Origin: an uncultured delta proteobacterium
GTDB taxonomy: Bacteria; Desulfobacterota; Desulfuromonadia; Geobacterales; DSM-12255
Length of the DNA: 64,000 nt
NCBI GenBank assembly: GCA_963787125.1
Contig: CAWBBV010000024.1
Location: forward strand, 110,114 to 174,113
Direction of reading: 5' to 3'
In this document: positions 20,327-31,501 of the stretch, piece by piece
How the letters are laid out: each line of letters starts with the position of its first letter
Position numbering within the stretch: the stretch's first letter is position 1
Translations under genes and position numbers: made by a program
Notes under the pieces: model-generated
Seen by the model: the letters and a program-made list of their open reading frames with translations, nothing else
Database searches by the model: none
Told to the model about the DNA's origin: nothing

Positions 20327-21373
20327 ATGCATATGAGAATCGCTGTAGATGCCATGGGTGGCGATAATGCGCCAAAGGTCGAAGTTGAGGGTGCTGTGGC
20401 TGCCGCTCGTCTATTTTCGATCCCTGTCACTTTGGTTGGTGACAAAGATCTTCTGACAACAGAGTTGTCACGGCATAATACTAACGGTCTTGACATCATG
20501 ATTCATCATGCCAGTGAAGTTATAGGGATGCATGATTCAGCATCTGATGCCATTAGAAAGAAAAAGGACTCGTCAATAAGGGTTGCTTTCGACCTTGTCA
20601 AGTCAGGTCAAGCTGTAGCTGTTGTCAGTGCGGGTAATTCCGGTGCCACTATGGCTGCCGGCATGTTTGTGCTGAAAAGGCTGAACGGTATAGACCGACC
20701 GGCGATAGCACAGGTTTTTCCAACCCTTCGCGGTCATACCCTTGTTCTTGATATTGGTGGTAATGTTGACTGCAAACCCCTTCACCTTGTTCAGTTTGCG
20801 ATTATGGGTGAAGTTTATGCGCGTCACATTCTCGGTATTCCCAAGCCGAAAGTCGGGCTTCTTTCCAACGGTGAAGAGGACTCCAAGGGTAACGATCTTA
20901 CCAGAGAAACGAACCAGATTCTGAAAGAGATTGCTTTCGAATATGAGGGTTATATAGAGGGCAGAGATATCTTTGCAGATAAAGTCGATGTTGTTGTCTG
21001 CGACGGTTTTGTAGGCAATATTGTACTGAAGCTTTCTGAGGGGCTTGCCGAGGCAGTTGGTGCGATGTTGCGTGAAGAGATCAAAAAGAGTTTAATTTGT
21101 AAAATTGGATACCTCCTTTCCCGCCCAGCTTTTGCAAGATTCAAAAAGAAGGTTGACTATGCTGAATACGGCGGAGCCCCCCTTCTCGGTATTAACGGTG
21201 TCGGCATGATCTGCCACGGTGGATCTAATGTGAAAGCTATCAAGAATGCCATAAAGTTTGCTGCAGATTATGCTGAAAAGGGTGTAAACCAGCGGATGGC
21301 GGAGAAAATACAGGAAAACTTCACTATTTACTCGCAACAACGCGAAATTGTCAAAGAATCACCTACATTCTGA
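20327..21373 (+). CDS. plsX: Phosphate acyltransferase PlsX
   Basis: [24 protein letters not shown]. Confidence 0.97.
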   Translation: MHMRIAVDAMGGDNAPKVEVEGAVAAARLFSIPVTLVGDKDLLTTELSRHNTNGLDIMIHHASEVIGMHDSASDAIRKKKDSSIRVAFDLVKSGQAVAVVSAGNSGATMAAGMFVLKRLNGIDRPAIAQVFPTLRGHTLVLDIGGNVDCKPLHLVQFAIMGEVYARHILGIPKPKVGLLSNGEEDSKGNDLTRETNQILKEIAFEYEGYIEGRDIFADKVDVVVCDGFVGNIVLKLSEGLAEAVGAMLREEIKKSLICKIGYLLSRPAFARFKKKVDYAEYGGAPLLGINGVGMICHGGSNVKAIKNAIKFAADYAEKGVNQRMAEKIQENFTIYSQQREIVKESPTF

Positions 21374-21385
21374 AAGAGGTTTCTG

Positions 21386-22363
21386 ATGCGTTGCAGGGTG
21401 GTCGGTACAGGTTCGGCAGTGCCGGACAAAGTCCTTACTAATCATGATCTTGAAAGGATGGTGGACACTACCGACGAATGGATAACTACCCGCACCGGCA
21501 TTAAAGAGCGGCGGATAGCTTCTGCCGACGAGTTTACCTCAACGCTTGCAACCAGTGCAGCATTGAATGCGTTACTGATGGCAAACGTTTCGCCGCTTGA
21601 GCTAGATATGATCATTGTTGCCACTGTTACTCCAGATTATGCGTTTCCATCTACTGCGGTTCTTCTGCAGAACAACCTCAAGGCAGTCAATGCCACGGCA
21701 TTTGATATCTCGGCGGCCTGTTCAGGTTTCATTTATGCACTCACGATTATAGAGAAGTTTATCCTTTCCGGTTCTGTGAAAAGAGCTCTCGTTGTTGGGG
21801 CAGAAGTTCTCTCCAGAATTGTTGACTGGACAGATCGGAACAGTTGTGTTCTTTTTGGCGATGGTGCAGGTGCAGTTGTTGTGCAGGCTGATACCGGTCG
21901 TGCTGGCATTTTGGATACGTTTATGATGAGCGATGGCTCACACTGGGATCTTCTTTTTCAGCCTGCGCCAGGGAACCGTAACCCTGTTAGCCACATGGTT
22001 GTTGATGAACGATTGGCTTTTATCCGGATGCAAGGGAACGAGGTATTTAAATTTGCTGTTAGGGCGATGGAAGATGCAGCAATCAAGGTGCTCTCTGCAG
22101 GTGAGATGACCGCTGTAGATGTTGACCTTTTTATACCTCATCAGGCAAACAAACGCATAATTGATGCAATCGGCAAGCGGATTGGAGTTCCTGAAGATAA
22201 AGTTTACACGAATATTGATCGTTTCGGTAACACGTCTTCTGCTTCAATTCCCCTGGCACTGGACGAAGTGAACCGGAAAGGTTCGCTCAACCCGGATGAT
22301 ATTATTCTGCTCGATGCCTTTGGTGGCGGTCTGACTTGGGGTGCGGTTACTATTCGGTGGTAA
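21386..22363 (+). CDS. fabH: 3-oxoacyl-ACP synthase III
   Basis: AACSGF, PHQANKRI, GNTSSASIP. Confidence 0.97.
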   Translation: MRCRVVGTGSAVPDKVLTNHDLERMVDTTDEWITTRTGIKERRIASADEFTSTLATSAALNALLMANVSPLELDMIIVATVTPDYAFPSTAVLLQNNLKAVNATAFDISAACSGFIYALTIIEKFILSGSVKRALVVGAEVLSRIVDWTDRNSCVLFGDGAGAVVVQADTGRAGILDTFMMSDGSHWDLLFQPAPGNRNPVSHMVVDERLAFIRMQGNEVFKFAVRAMEDAAIKVLSAGEMTAVDVDLFIPHQANKRIIDAIGKRIGVPEDKVYTNIDRFGNTSSASIPLALDEVNRKGSLNPDDIILLDAFGGGLTWGAVTIRW

Positions 22364-22392
22364 CATTTACTTAGAGCTAAGAGAGGAATTCA

Positions 22393-23319
22393 ATGTCAAA
22401 AATAGCTTTCATATTCCCCGGTCAGGGTTCTCAATATGCCGGCATGGGAAAAGATCTAGTCGATAACTTCAGAATTGCAAAAGATACTTTTGCCGAAGCT
22501 GACGATGCTCTTGGGTTTAAGCTGTCAGCACTCTGTTTTAACGGTCCAGAAGAAGATCTGAAACTTACTATGAACACCCAGCCGGCGATTCTGGCCGTCA
22601 GTGTTGCCGCTCTCCGAGTTTTACAAGCGGAAAGTGATATAAAAGCTGACTTTCTTGCCGGTCATTCGCTCGGGGAGTATTCAGCCCTGGTCGCTGCAGG
22701 GGCATTCACTCTTTTTGATGCTCTGCGGACAGTCCGTTTGCGCGGTAAATTCATGCAGGAGGCTGTCCCTGTTGGGGTTGGTGCCATGGCTGCGATACTC
22801 TCTGTTGAGGAGGATATTCTTGCTGAAATCTGCCAAGAGGCTGCTCAGGGCGAGATCGTTGCACCGGCAAACTTCAACTCTCCCGGCCAGATTGTTATTG
22901 CCGGTCATGCAACGGCAGTGAACCGGGCGATCGAAATTGCCAAGGCACGTGGTTTCAGGAAGGCCATGCTTCTTCCGGTAAGTGCGCCGTTTCACTCTGC
23001 GCTAATGATTCCCGCAGGCGAGCGTCTTGCCGAGGTGCTCCAGCAGGCTGAGATTACGGCGATGCAGATTCCGGTTATCTCTAATGTTGAGGCAACAGCG
23101 AATCAGGATTTTGCCCGAATCAGAGACCTTCTTGTAGCCCAGGTCAGTGCACCGGTAAAGTGGGATTCATCAGTGCGGGAAATGGTCGGTTTAGGTGTCT
23201 CATCCTTTATTGAAATCGGTCCAGGTAAAGTACTGTCAGGTCTTATGAAGCGTATTGATAAACAGGTAGTAACAGCTAACATTGAAGACTCTGCCAGCCT
23301 GAAGGCTCAGCTGAGTTAA
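22393..23319 (+). CDS. fabD: Malonyl-CoA:ACP transacylase
   Basis: FPGQGSQ, GHSLGEY, VSAPFHS. Confidence 0.97.
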   Translation: MSKIAFIFPGQGSQYAGMGKDLVDNFRIAKDTFAEADDALGFKLSALCFNGPEEDLKLTMNTQPAILAVSVAALRVLQAESDIKADFLAGHSLGEYSALVAAGAFTLFDALRTVRLRGKFMQEAVPVGVGAMAAILSVEEDILAEICQEAAQGEIVAPANFNSPGQIVIAGHATAVNRAIEIAKARGFRKAMLLPVSAPFHSALMIPAGERLAEVLQQAEITAMQIPVISNVEATANQDFARIRDLLVAQVSAPVKWDSSVREMVGLGVSSFIEIGPGKVLSGLMKRIDKQVVTANIEDSASLKAQLS

Positions 23320-23331
23320 CCCGGAGGTACT

Positions 23332-23763
23332 ATGCTTGATGTAAATGAGATAATGAAGCTTCTCCCGCACCGCTATCCTTTTTTGTTGGTTGATAGAGTT
23401 ATTGAGATCGATCCCGGGAAAAAAATTGTCGGTCTCAAAAATGTTACCATGAACGAGCCTTTTTTCCCCGGTCATTTCCCTGGTCATCCGGTCATGCCTG
23501 GGGTCTTGATTGTTGAAGCAATGGCACAGGTCGCTGCTATTCTTGTTTACAGCTCCTCCGAAGAAAACAAAGATAAGATTACCTATTTCGTCGGCATAGA
23601 TAATACTAAGTTCCGCAAACCTGTTGTGCCTGGAGATCAGATCCGTCTGGAACTTGAGGTGATAGGTTGCCGTCGCGGAATATGGAGTTTTGCCGGCAAG
23701 GCCTTTGTTGATGGCAAACTGGTGACTGAATCTGAGCTCCGCGCTACGTTTGCTGATAAATAG
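23332..23763 (+). CDS. fabZ: 3-hydroxyacyl-ACP dehydratase
   Basis: LPHRYPFLLVD, GHFP..PVMPGVLIVEAMAQ. Confidence 0.97.
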   Translation: MLDVNEIMKLLPHRYPFLLVDRVIEIDPGKKIVGLKNVTMNEPFFPGHFPGHPVMPGVLIVEAMAQVAAILVYSSSEENKDKITYFVGIDNTKFRKPVVPGDQIRLELEVIGCRRGIWSFAGKAFVDGKLVTESELRATFADK

Positions 23764-23794
23764 AGCTTCTAACTGACAAAGGAGATACTTTAAC

Positions 23795-24532
23795 ATGCCT
23801 ACAGGGAAGATTGCTGTTATTACAGGTGCATCAAGAGGGATAGGTAGGAGCATTTCACTGGCTCTTTCTGCTGCCGGCGCAACAATTGTTGCCATGGACA
23901 TGGATCAGGCCGCAACGGATGCGGTCGTTGCCGAACTGAAAGCGGCGGGGGGGAATGCCATTGCCGTAGTCGGAAATGTTACTGTTCCTGATGATGCCGA
24001 GAGAATGATTGATGCTGCTGTCAAAGAGTTCGGCAGAGTTGATATCCTCGTTAACAATGCAGGGATAACCCGTGACGGAATTTTCCTCCGGATGAAAGAA
24101 GAAGACTGGGATGCCGTCCTGAGTGTCAACCTCAAGGGTGCTTTCCTCTGCAGTCGTGCTGCATCCAAGGTTATGGCCAAACAAAGATCAGGCCGGATAA
24201 TTAATATTGCATCAATTGTCGGTCAGATGGGGAATGCCGGGCAGGCAAATTACTGCGCCAGCAAAGCAGGCCTGATAGGTTTAACAAAATCAAATGCCCG
24301 TGAACTCGCCAAAAGAAATATTACGGTCAATGCTGTTGCTCCCGGCTTTATCGCAACTGCCATGACCGATGCTCTTCCCGAAAAAGTAAAGGCTGATCTC
24401 ACAGCCCAGATACCCATGGAGCGTCTTGGTAGTGCAGATGATATTGCCAATGCGGTTCTATTTCTTGCTTCAGAGGCTGCCGGGTATATTACCGGACATG
24501 TGTTGGCTGTAAATGGCGGCATGTACATGTAA
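23795..24532 (+). CDS. fabG: 3-oxoacyl-ACP reductase
   Basis: TGASRGIG, NNAGITRD, YCASK. Confidence 0.97.
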   Translation: MPTGKIAVITGASRGIGRSISLALSAAGATIVAMDMDQAATDAVVAELKAAGGNAIAVVGNVTVPDDAERMIDAAVKEFGRVDILVNNAGITRDGIFLRMKEEDWDAVLSVNLKGAFLCSRAASKVMAKQRSGRIINIASIVGQMGNAGQANYCASKAGLIGLTKSNARELAKRNITVNAVAPGFIATAMTDALPEKVKADLTAQIPMERLGSADDIANAVLFLASEAAGYITGHVLAVNGGMYM

Positions 24533-24685
24533 TCCCTAGTAATATTTAATAGCTGGTGAAAACTAGTTGTTTTTAATGGCAGAAAAATATATTGCTTTTT
24601 CCGCTAATCATGATAAGAAGCAAGTCGGCTTTATCAAAAACTCAAACATCCTCACAAGGGAAACTACAAAACGGAGGTAACAGTA

Positions 24686-24916
24686 ATGTCGGTAGAGAAA
24701 AGGATCAAAGAGATCGTTGCAGAGCAGCTTGGTGTTGAAGAATCACAAGTAACCAACGAAGCCTCCTTCATGGACGATCTCGGTGCAGACTCACTCGATA
24801 CTGTAGAGCTTGTAATGGCTCTTGAAGAGGAGTTTGACATCGAAATCTCCGACGAGAATGCAGAGAAAATTCAAACTGTTCAGGATGCTATTGATTACAT
24901 CACCGAGCACACCTAG
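24686..24916 (+). CDS. acpP: Acyl carrier protein
   Basis: [14 protein letters not shown]. Confidence 0.98.
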   Translation: MSVEKRIKEIVAEQLGVEESQVTNEASFMDDLGADSLDTVELVMALEEEFDIEISDENAEKIQTVQDAIDYITEHT

Positions 24917-24924
24917 ACAATCCC

Positions 24925-25040
24925 GACGGCCTTACAAAAAGTCCATCTGCTCATAAAGGCGAAACATTAACACCGGAACCTAAATTCGCTCTGGTTGCAT
25001 TTTGCTGACTGTTTGCAGTTGGAACTTTTTGTTTGCCGCT
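24925..25040. repeat. Degenerate palindromic (REP/MITE-like) intergenic element
   Basis: GACGGCCTTACAAAAAGTCCA ... TGGAACTTTTTGTTTGCCG imperfect terminal inverted repeat between acpP and fabF. Confidence 0.45.
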
Positions 25041-25149
25041 GTGTTGTTTGTTTGGAAACGAGTCAAATAAAAAGGTTATCCGAATACAGTTCTGAGCCGG
25101 GATTATAAGTTGAAATCACGCAGGGACAGTATTCCAGGAGCATCATATT

Positions 25150-26382
25150 ATGAGAAGAGTTGTAATTACCGGCGTCGGGGTAGTTTCCCCGCTCGGGATC
25201 GGAAATTCTGAGAACTGGGCAAATGTTACTGCCGGGAAATCTGGTATTGCTCATATCACCCGCTTTGATACGACCGATTTTCCGGTGAAGATTGCCGGAG
25301 AAGTTAAGAACTTTGACCCGGATCAGTTCATCGATAAAAAAGAGGTTAAAAAGATGGACCTCTTTATCCAGTATTCACTAGCAGCTGCACATTTCGCGAT
25401 GGAAGATTCTGGTTTGGTTATTGATGAGTCGAATGCCGAACGTGTCGGTGTTCTTGTCGGCGCCGGACTTGGCGGCCTTCCGTCTATCGAGAAATATCAT
25501 GACGCAGTGAGAGAAGGCGGCTACAAGAAAATATCGCCGTTTTTTATACCAATGCTGATTATTAATCTTGCTCCGGGGCATATTTCGATCAAATACGGTG
25601 CTAAAGGGCCGAATGTCTCCTCAGTTACTGCCTGTGCTACCGGCACTCACTCGATTGGCGATGCTTTCCATATGATCAAACGCGGTGACGCTGACGCAAT
25701 GATTGCCGGTGGTACCGAGTCAGTTGTTTCTCCTCTGGCAATAGGCGGCTTTGCTGTGATGAAGGCTCTTTCGACAAATAATGATAACCCTGAAGGGGCT
25801 TCCAGGCCTTTTGAGAAAAGTCGTGACGGTTTCATTCTTGCTGAAGGTGCCGGAATTGTTGTCCTTGAAGAGTATGAATCAGCGAAGAAACGTGGTGCCA
25901 AGATTTACGCAGAAGTTGTCGGTTACGGACTGACTGGCGACGCCCATCACCTGACTGCACCGGCACCCGGTGGCGAGGGTGCTGCCCGTTGTATGAAAAT
26001 GGCTCTAAAGGGTGCCGGTGTAAATCCTGAAGAAGTCACTTACATTAACGCTCACGGTACATCTACACATTTCAATGATCTTTACGAAACTATGGCCATC
26101 AAATCAGTGTTCGGTGATCATGCCAAGAAGCTTATGGTCTCTTCTACAAAGTCGATGACAGGGCATCTCCTGGGGGCTGCAGGCGGAGTGGAAGCAGCAT
26201 TCTGCGCTTTAGCGATGACAGAGGGAGTTGTTCCACCTACCATTAATTATCAGGAGCAGGACCCTGAATGTGACCTTGATTATGTTCCGAATACTGCGCG
26301 TCAGGTTGATGTGAAGTATGCCATGAGCAATTCTTTTGGTTTTGGCGGCACAAATGCCACCCTGTTGTTTAAAAAGCTATGA
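25150..26382 (+). CDS. fabF: 3-oxoacyl-ACP synthase II
   Basis: [29 protein letters not shown]. Confidence 0.97.
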   Translation: MRRVVITGVGVVSPLGIGNSENWANVTAGKSGIAHITRFDTTDFPVKIAGEVKNFDPDQFIDKKEVKKMDLFIQYSLAAAHFAMEDSGLVIDESNAERVGVLVGAGLGGLPSIEKYHDAVREGGYKKISPFFIPMLIINLAPGHISIKYGAKGPNVSSVTACATGTHSIGDAFHMIKRGDADAMIAGGTESVVSPLAIGGFAVMKALSTNNDNPEGASRPFEKSRDGFILAEGAGIVVLEEYESAKKRGAKIYAEVVGYGLTGDAHHLTAPAPGGEGAARCMKMALKGAGVNPEEVTYINAHGTSTHFNDLYETMAIKSVFGDHAKKLMVSSTKSMTGHLLGAAGGVEAAFCALAMTEGVVPPTINYQEQDPECDLDYVPNTARQVDVKYAMSNSFGFGGTNATLLFKKL

Positions 26383-26825
26383 TGTATATCGGTTCTGACC
26401 ATGGTGGTCTGGAATTGAAAGAGTCAATTGCCGCGTTTCTCAAGGAACGCGGCATCGATTTTAAGGATTGCGGGCCTTTTGATGGAACTTCAGTTGATTA
26501 TCCTGATTATGCTGAGAAAGTTGCCGGTGCAGTTTCGACTGGCGAAGCAGAATCCGGTATACTTATTTGCGGGACAGGCATCGGCATCTCCATAGCTGCC
26601 AATAAGTTTCCGCAAGTGCGTGCAGCTCTCACCACTGACGCGTTTATGGCGCGAATGGCCAAAGAGCATAACAATGCTAATATACTTGTTCTGGGAGGAA
26701 GGATTACCTCTCCTCAGAAAGGACGGGAGATTGTGACCGCATGGCTTGATGCGAAATTTGAAGGTGGGCGCCATCAAGGTCGTCTTGATAAGATAACAGC
26801 AATTGAAAAGCGCTTCAGCAGCTAA
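26379..26825 (+). CDS. rpiB: Ribose 5-phosphate isomerase B
   Basis: GSDHGG, CGTGIG, HNNAN, FEGGRH. Confidence 0.95.
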   Translation: MMYIGSDHGGLELKESIAAFLKERGIDFKDCGPFDGTSVDYPDYAEKVAGAVSTGEAESGILICGTGIGISIAANKFPQVRAALTTDAFMARMAKEHNNANILVLGGRITSPQKGREIVTAWLDAKFEGGRHQGRLDKITAIEKRFSS

Positions 26826-26911
26826 ATAATGTGGATTTAATATTAAATTATAAGATGTTTACGGGACTCTCAATAGTCCCGTTTCCATTTTATCCAGTAG
26901 AAGGAGAATTT

Positions 26912-28159
26912 ATGTCAATACTCGAATCATTTGACCCGGAAGTAGCAACGTCCATCCGTCTTGAAACTGAGCGGCAGGAGTATAATCTGGAGCTGATAGC
27001 GTCAGAGAACTTCGTTTCTGAGGCGGTTCTGGAGGCACAAGGATCAATCCTTACCAACAAGTATGCCGAAGGATATCCAGGCAAGAGATATTACGGTGGC
27101 TGTCACCAGGTAGATGTTGTCGAGCAGCTAGCTATTGATCGTGCTAAAGAGCTGTTTGGCGCCGAACACGCTAATGTTCAACCTCATTCAGGTTCGCAGG
27201 CGAACATGGCCGTCTACTTTGCTGCCTGCAAACCCGGTGATACTATTCTCGGAATGAATCTTGCTCATGGCGGCCATCTGACTCACGGCAGCCCTGTCAA
27301 CTTTTCAGGTAAACTTTTTAATATTGTTCCTTACGGTGTTTCACCAGAGACCGAGACAATTGATTATGAAGAGGTAGAACGTTTAGCCGTTACGCATAAA
27401 CCGAAAATGATTGTTGTCGGCGCCAGTGCTTATCCGCGAATAATCGATTTCCCCGCCTTCAGAACAATTGCTGACAAGGTTGGAGCAGTCATTATGGTCG
27501 ATATGGCTCATTTTGCAGGTCTGGTTGCTGCCGGGGTTCACCCAAGTCCCATTCCTTATGCCGAATTCGTCACTACCACCACTCATAAAACTCTGCGTGG
27601 TCCCCGTGGCGGTATGATTCTTTGCAGGGAAGAGTTTGCCAAGACCCTTAATTCCCAAATCTTTCCCGGTATACAGGGCGGTCCACTCATGCATGTAATC
27701 GCTGCCAAGGCTGTTGCCTTCAAGGAAGCGTTGCAACCTGAGTTTAAGGTTTATCAGCAGCAGATAGTTAAAAATGCAAAGGCTCTTGCTGAAGCATTGA
27801 TGGCGAGAGGTTTCAAGCTTACCAGTAACGGTACCGACAATCACCTGATGCTGATTAACTTCACTGGCACCGATATTACCGGTAAGGCTGCTGAAGAAGC
27901 TCTAGACAAAGCCGGCATAACAGTCAATAAAAACACGGTTCCTTTTGAAACCCGTTCACCTTTTGTCACCTCAGGGATACGCATCGGAACTCCGGCAGCA
28001 ACTTCCCATGGTCTGAAAGAGGCCGAGATGGCAGTTGTCGCAGGATTTATCGCCGAAGCCATTGCCAATATGGCGGATGATAACAAACTGTTGCTGATTA
28101 AATCATCCGTGAATGAGCTTATGAAGCGTTTTCCACTCTATGCGAGCCGCCTTAAATAG
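26912..28159 (+). CDS. glyA: Serine hydroxymethyltransferase
   Basis: [36 protein letters not shown] after AAGGAG RBS. Confidence 0.98.
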   Translation: MSILESFDPEVATSIRLETERQEYNLELIASENFVSEAVLEAQGSILTNKYAEGYPGKRYYGGCHQVDVVEQLAIDRAKELFGAEHANVQPHSGSQANMAVYFAACKPGDTILGMNLAHGGHLTHGSPVNFSGKLFNIVPYGVSPETETIDYEEVERLAVTHKPKMIVVGASAYPRIIDFPAFRTIADKVGAVIMVDMAHFAGLVAAGVHPSPIPYAEFVTTTTHKTLRGPRGGMILCREEFAKTLNSQIFPGIQGGPLMHVIAAKAVAFKEALQPEFKVYQQQIVKNAKALAEALMARGFKLTSNGTDNHLMLINFTGTDITGKAAEEALDKAGITVNKNTVPFETRSPFVTSGIRIGTPAATSHGLKEAEMAVVAGFIAEAIANMADDNKLLLIKSSVNELMKRFPLYASRLK

Positions 28160-28189
28160 CATTTCTGTTATTTATACTGTTTAAACCAT

Positions 28190-28214
28190 AAGGGCGCTTG
28201 TTTGCGCCCTTTTT
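28190..28214 (+). terminator. Intrinsic terminator after glyA
   Basis: AAGGGCGC-loop-GCGCCCTTTTT. Confidence 0.7.
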
Positions 28215-28282
28215 AAATTACGGCTATTCCCCGTAATTGCCTGCCTGCAGGCTGGAATTATATGACTGGAAGGGAGTCTTAA

Positions 28283-28693
28283 GTGTCAAAAAAAAGGATA
28301 AGATTCACGATAACCAGTGGTAATCTTGAAACAGCGCACAACTGTGACTGTTATAAATGGATCCGTCATCTGGCACTGAACAGAGTGAAAACCGATGACT
28401 TGCAAACATTACTGAGTGGCAGGTTCCCTTCAGGGAAAATGTTTGTGCTTGATATGCTGGAGTTCTTAAGAAAAACCGATGATCATCTCGACCGCTTCCT
28501 GACTGGAAGGCGCGGAATTCAAACGGATGACCTATTGTCTATCGAAAATGATGCAGTACGCCAGCTTTTGAATAGGGACTTCCCTGAATTGGTGGCTGAA
28601 TTAGCTAACTCTGAATCGGTAAAAAGGGTAATCAAGCGCCGTCCAGGACAAGTTGATCTTTCCGTATTGGTTGATATGGGTAAAAAACCCTGA
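28283..28693 (+). CDS. Hypothetical cytoplasmic protein
   Basis: 136-aa ORF with GGGAG RBS; HNCDC motif. Confidence 0.55.
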   Translation: MSKKRIRFTITSGNLETAHNCDCYKWIRHLALNRVKTDDLQTLLSGRFPSGKMFVLDMLEFLRKTDDHLDRFLTGRRGIQTDDLLSIENDAVRQLLNRDFPELVAELANSESVKRVIKRRPGQVDLSVLVDMGKKP

Positions 28694-28809
28694 TGCAGTT
28701 AAGCACTTGGCTTGCCTGAATTAGCAACTACTCGTATGGCTGTTTATCTGTAGTAATTTTATCTTTCTTTAGTGCCGTGTATCAAGCCTGCTGGTCTCTT
28801 GAGGGGAAA

Positions 28810-30441
28810 ATGAAAAGATTCAAAATGTACTGTTTGTCAATTATCATAATCACAGTATCGGTCTTTTCTTCAATTGTGGGTATTTGTGAAAATATAGCTG
28901 AAAATAAAAACACTACATCGCTGAATATTAAGCAGATAACAGACGGACTTGTGGTTATTGTCAACAGTAATCAGAAAAAATTAGACAATATCCATTTTGA
29001 TTGCGCTGAGGAAACCAATGAAATAATCGTCGACTTACCTGCAGATAGTGAAATTCCCCGGTTAGAAACCCTGCAAAACAACCCTAATATTATTAAAAAC
29101 GGTGTGTCTACTTCAACTTTGCCGAAAGATGAGATGCAACGGCTCAAAATTGTTCCGAAATTGAAGCTTTACTGCTCCGGCTTTAAGATGGTCAATAAAT
29201 TCCAAAGGTATATTACCTATTTTTATCCCGCGGGTCATAATTTAAAACTGACTGCGGTAAATATGAAAGGTTTTGATTTTGATGAAAAAAATCCGAAGGT
29301 GCAAGTTAGCGGTTCATTCATACTGACATTCAATGAATCTCTGGGTAATGTTGATCTTACTGATGCAATCAGTGTCGTTGAAAACCGGTTGACAGTCAGA
29401 TTGAATCCGAGAGATTTTGTTAATCAGGAGCTGATTTCGTCAAATTTTCCGCTAACAAACCTTGTAGTTGCTAAAACTTCAAATGATTTACCTGGAGTGC
29501 ACAACTTTACTTTTCAGACTGTTAATGATGCCGAGATCTCTAAAGTAACGGCAAAAATGATCAAGTCTCAAAGCAGTAGCGAGTTACGTATAGACATTAA
29601 CCTTACTGTCTCTCTTTACGATACCGGACGTAAATTCTATGAAAAGGGTGATTCTCGCCGGGCTCTCTGGTATCTGGATGCCGTGAAGAGTGATCCTGCA
29701 TTTGCACTTGTTTCAAGGATGTCAATCGGCACTATTTTCTGGAATGAGGATAACTATTCCGAGGCATACAAAAGCTTCAAAGAGTTGATCGATCTTGATA
29801 GGTCCTGGGAGTTTCCGGAAGCCAGGTACTTTGCGACAAAAGCATATTATCTGACAAATAAGACTTTGAGCTTTGAGCTGTCAGGACGATTAAAAGAGTA
29901 TTTACGACGCTGTGACCGCATGAAGTATCCAAGTTGCAGCGAGGCAAGGGAATTATCTGATCAGGTGAATGAACCAGCATTAAAATTGAACCTTGCCACC
30001 AAGCCCGAAATGAAAAAACTTGTTGCCAGGTTGTCTGACCCAATGCTCAACTTTAGTGAAGTCCAGAAAAACGTATTTCATTACTGGGCTACGTGGTGTC
30101 CGTTATGTTTGGAAGAGATGCCTAAAATCATGAAGTATGCTGTAGCTAATCCAAATATATCAATCTATATAGTTGCAAAAAATGATAGCCAGAAGAATAT
30201 TTTCAGCTCCTTATTAAAAGCAGGAGCAATCCGACGGAAAAACATCTTCTATTATATTGACACAAAAGACGATATCATGCTGCGGCAGATGGTTCCGCTT
30301 ATTCTGGCAAATAAGGAACCCGTAACCCCATTGCCCATATCGGTTTTTCTTCAGAGGGAAGCACCTTTCTATCTTACGGATAAAATGAACTGGACAGAAG
30401 CAGAGCTTTCCCAAATATGGAAACTAAAGTATAAAGATTAG
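28810..30441 (+). CDS. Exported TPR + TlpA/thioredoxin-domain protein
   Basis: N-terminal signal/TM, TPR-like helices, HYWATWCPLCLEEMP redox motif, cis-Pro-like LPIS. Confidence 0.75.
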   Translation: MKRFKMYCLSIIIITVSVFSSIVGICENIAENKNTTSLNIKQITDGLVVIVNSNQKKLDNIHFDCAEETNEIIVDLPADSEIPRLETLQNNPNIIKNGVSTSTLPKDEMQRLKIVPKLKLYCSGFKMVNKFQRYITYFYPAGHNLKLTAVNMKGFDFDEKNPKVQVSGSFILTFNESLGNVDLTDAISVVENRLTVRLNPRDFVNQELISSNFPLTNLVVAKTSNDLPGVHNFTFQTVNDAEISKVTAKMIKSQSSSELRIDINLTVSLYDTGRKFYEKGDSRRALWYLDAVKSDPAFALVSRMSIGTIFWNEDNYSEAYKSFKELIDLDRSWEFPEARYFATKAYYLTNKTLSFELSGRLKEYLRRCDRMKYPSCSEARELSDQVNEPALKLNLATKPEMKKLVARLSDPMLNFSEVQKNVFHYWATWCPLCLEEMPKIMKYAVANPNISIYIVAKNDSQKNIFSSLLKAGAIRRKNIFYYIDTKDDIMLRQMVPLILANKEPVTPLPISVFLQREAPFYLTDKMNWTEAELSQIWKLKYKD

Positions 30442-30483
30442 CTTTTAAACTGCATTTTATCAATTTTCTGGAGGCGTAAAACG

Positions 30484-31479
30484 ATGAGCGGATTTACCAG
30501 GATTTCAACTAGTCTATTAATAATGTCAATAACAGTGTGTACCAGTGGTTTTGCTGCTAATTATAACGTTATTGCCCCTAAAAATCAAAAAAACAGTGAA
30601 ATTAAGCCGATTGTTGGGACGGATCTGCCGGTTGGCAGAAATATTCCGGCAATTCAGCCCGACGCCACTTTGTCAAATCCTTGTCCAAACGAGACAGACT
30701 GGTTACTGTCAACTGTGCCATTAACAAGCAGTGAAAAAAATGGTGATGACGTCTCCAGAAGTCCTGGCAGTACTTTCCTGCCTGAAAATATGCAAAAAGA
30801 GTTGCTGGATATTGCTGCGAAAGAAAATATTTCCATGCAGGAACTGTGCAGTAAATTGAATAAATACAAGAGCAGGCTTGAAGAGTATGCCGGTGATCCT
30901 CAGGAATATAACAGGCAACGTATGTTGATTTTAGAGGAAATGCTCGATTGCAGAAAAAGTTGCGGTAAAATATTGAATAAATTCGCTGGATTGTACACTG
31001 AAAGCTCTAGGATGTATTTTGCCGGGATAGTCAGGTTCAATGTTGGTTCAAAAAAAGTGGAGAATGTCTTCAAGGGGGATAAGTCACAAGGATATCTTAA
31101 AATTAATAATGAAGAGCACCTGAAAGCTGCTTTATCTCGCTGGCAGAAAGATCAGAGCCAAAGGGTTCAGCTTGACGCAAGAGCCTCAATTCCAGGCTCT
31201 ACCGATATTAATGACCGTATCTCAAAAACCAGAGCTGAGTCGGTTCTGAGCTGGTTAACAGAACGCGGTGTCCCGGCTTCACAGATCAGCATCAGGTGGC
31301 TGGGCAAATATGGGCCGTTGATTAACAGGTCAGTGGCACGCGCCTATAGGATCGAAGATATTTTTGAAGAATATCAGAAGCATAAAGCTAAACAGTCCAC
31401 CAGTCTGGTCGGCTCTCAGGGGATCGAATCATTTTTTGACGGTTTAAATCAGAGTGTCTGCATTTTTGTACTTCCATAG
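30484..31479 (+). CDS. Exported protein with OmpA-like C-terminal domain
   Basis: Signal peptide; ARASIPGSTDINDRISKTRAESVLSWLTERGV resembles OmpA_C peptidoglycan-binding motif. Confidence 0.7.
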   Translation: MSGFTRISTSLLIMSITVCTSGFAANYNVIAPKNQKNSEIKPIVGTDLPVGRNIPAIQPDATLSNPCPNETDWLLSTVPLTSSEKNGDDVSRSPGSTFLPENMQKELLDIAAKENISMQELCSKLNKYKSRLEEYAGDPQEYNRQRMLILEEMLDCRKSCGKILNKFAGLYTESSRMYFAGIVRFNVGSKKVENVFKGDKSQGYLKINNEEHLKAALSRWQKDQSQRVQLDARASIPGSTDINDRISKTRAESVLSWLTERGVPASQISIRWLGKYGPLINRSVARAYRIEDIFEEYQKHKAKQSTSLVGSQGIESFFDGLNQSVCIFVLP

Positions 31480-31501
31480 AGCTAATTACGGAGATTAAGC
31501 C

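Noticed and set aside
23332..23763. fabZ inside the fab operon as a novelty
   Set aside because: Functionally coherent gene-order variant; nothing unusual in the protein
26831..26911. N-terminal extension of glyA in the ORF track
   Set aside because: AAGGAG RBS precedes ATG 26912; the extension is not SHMT-like
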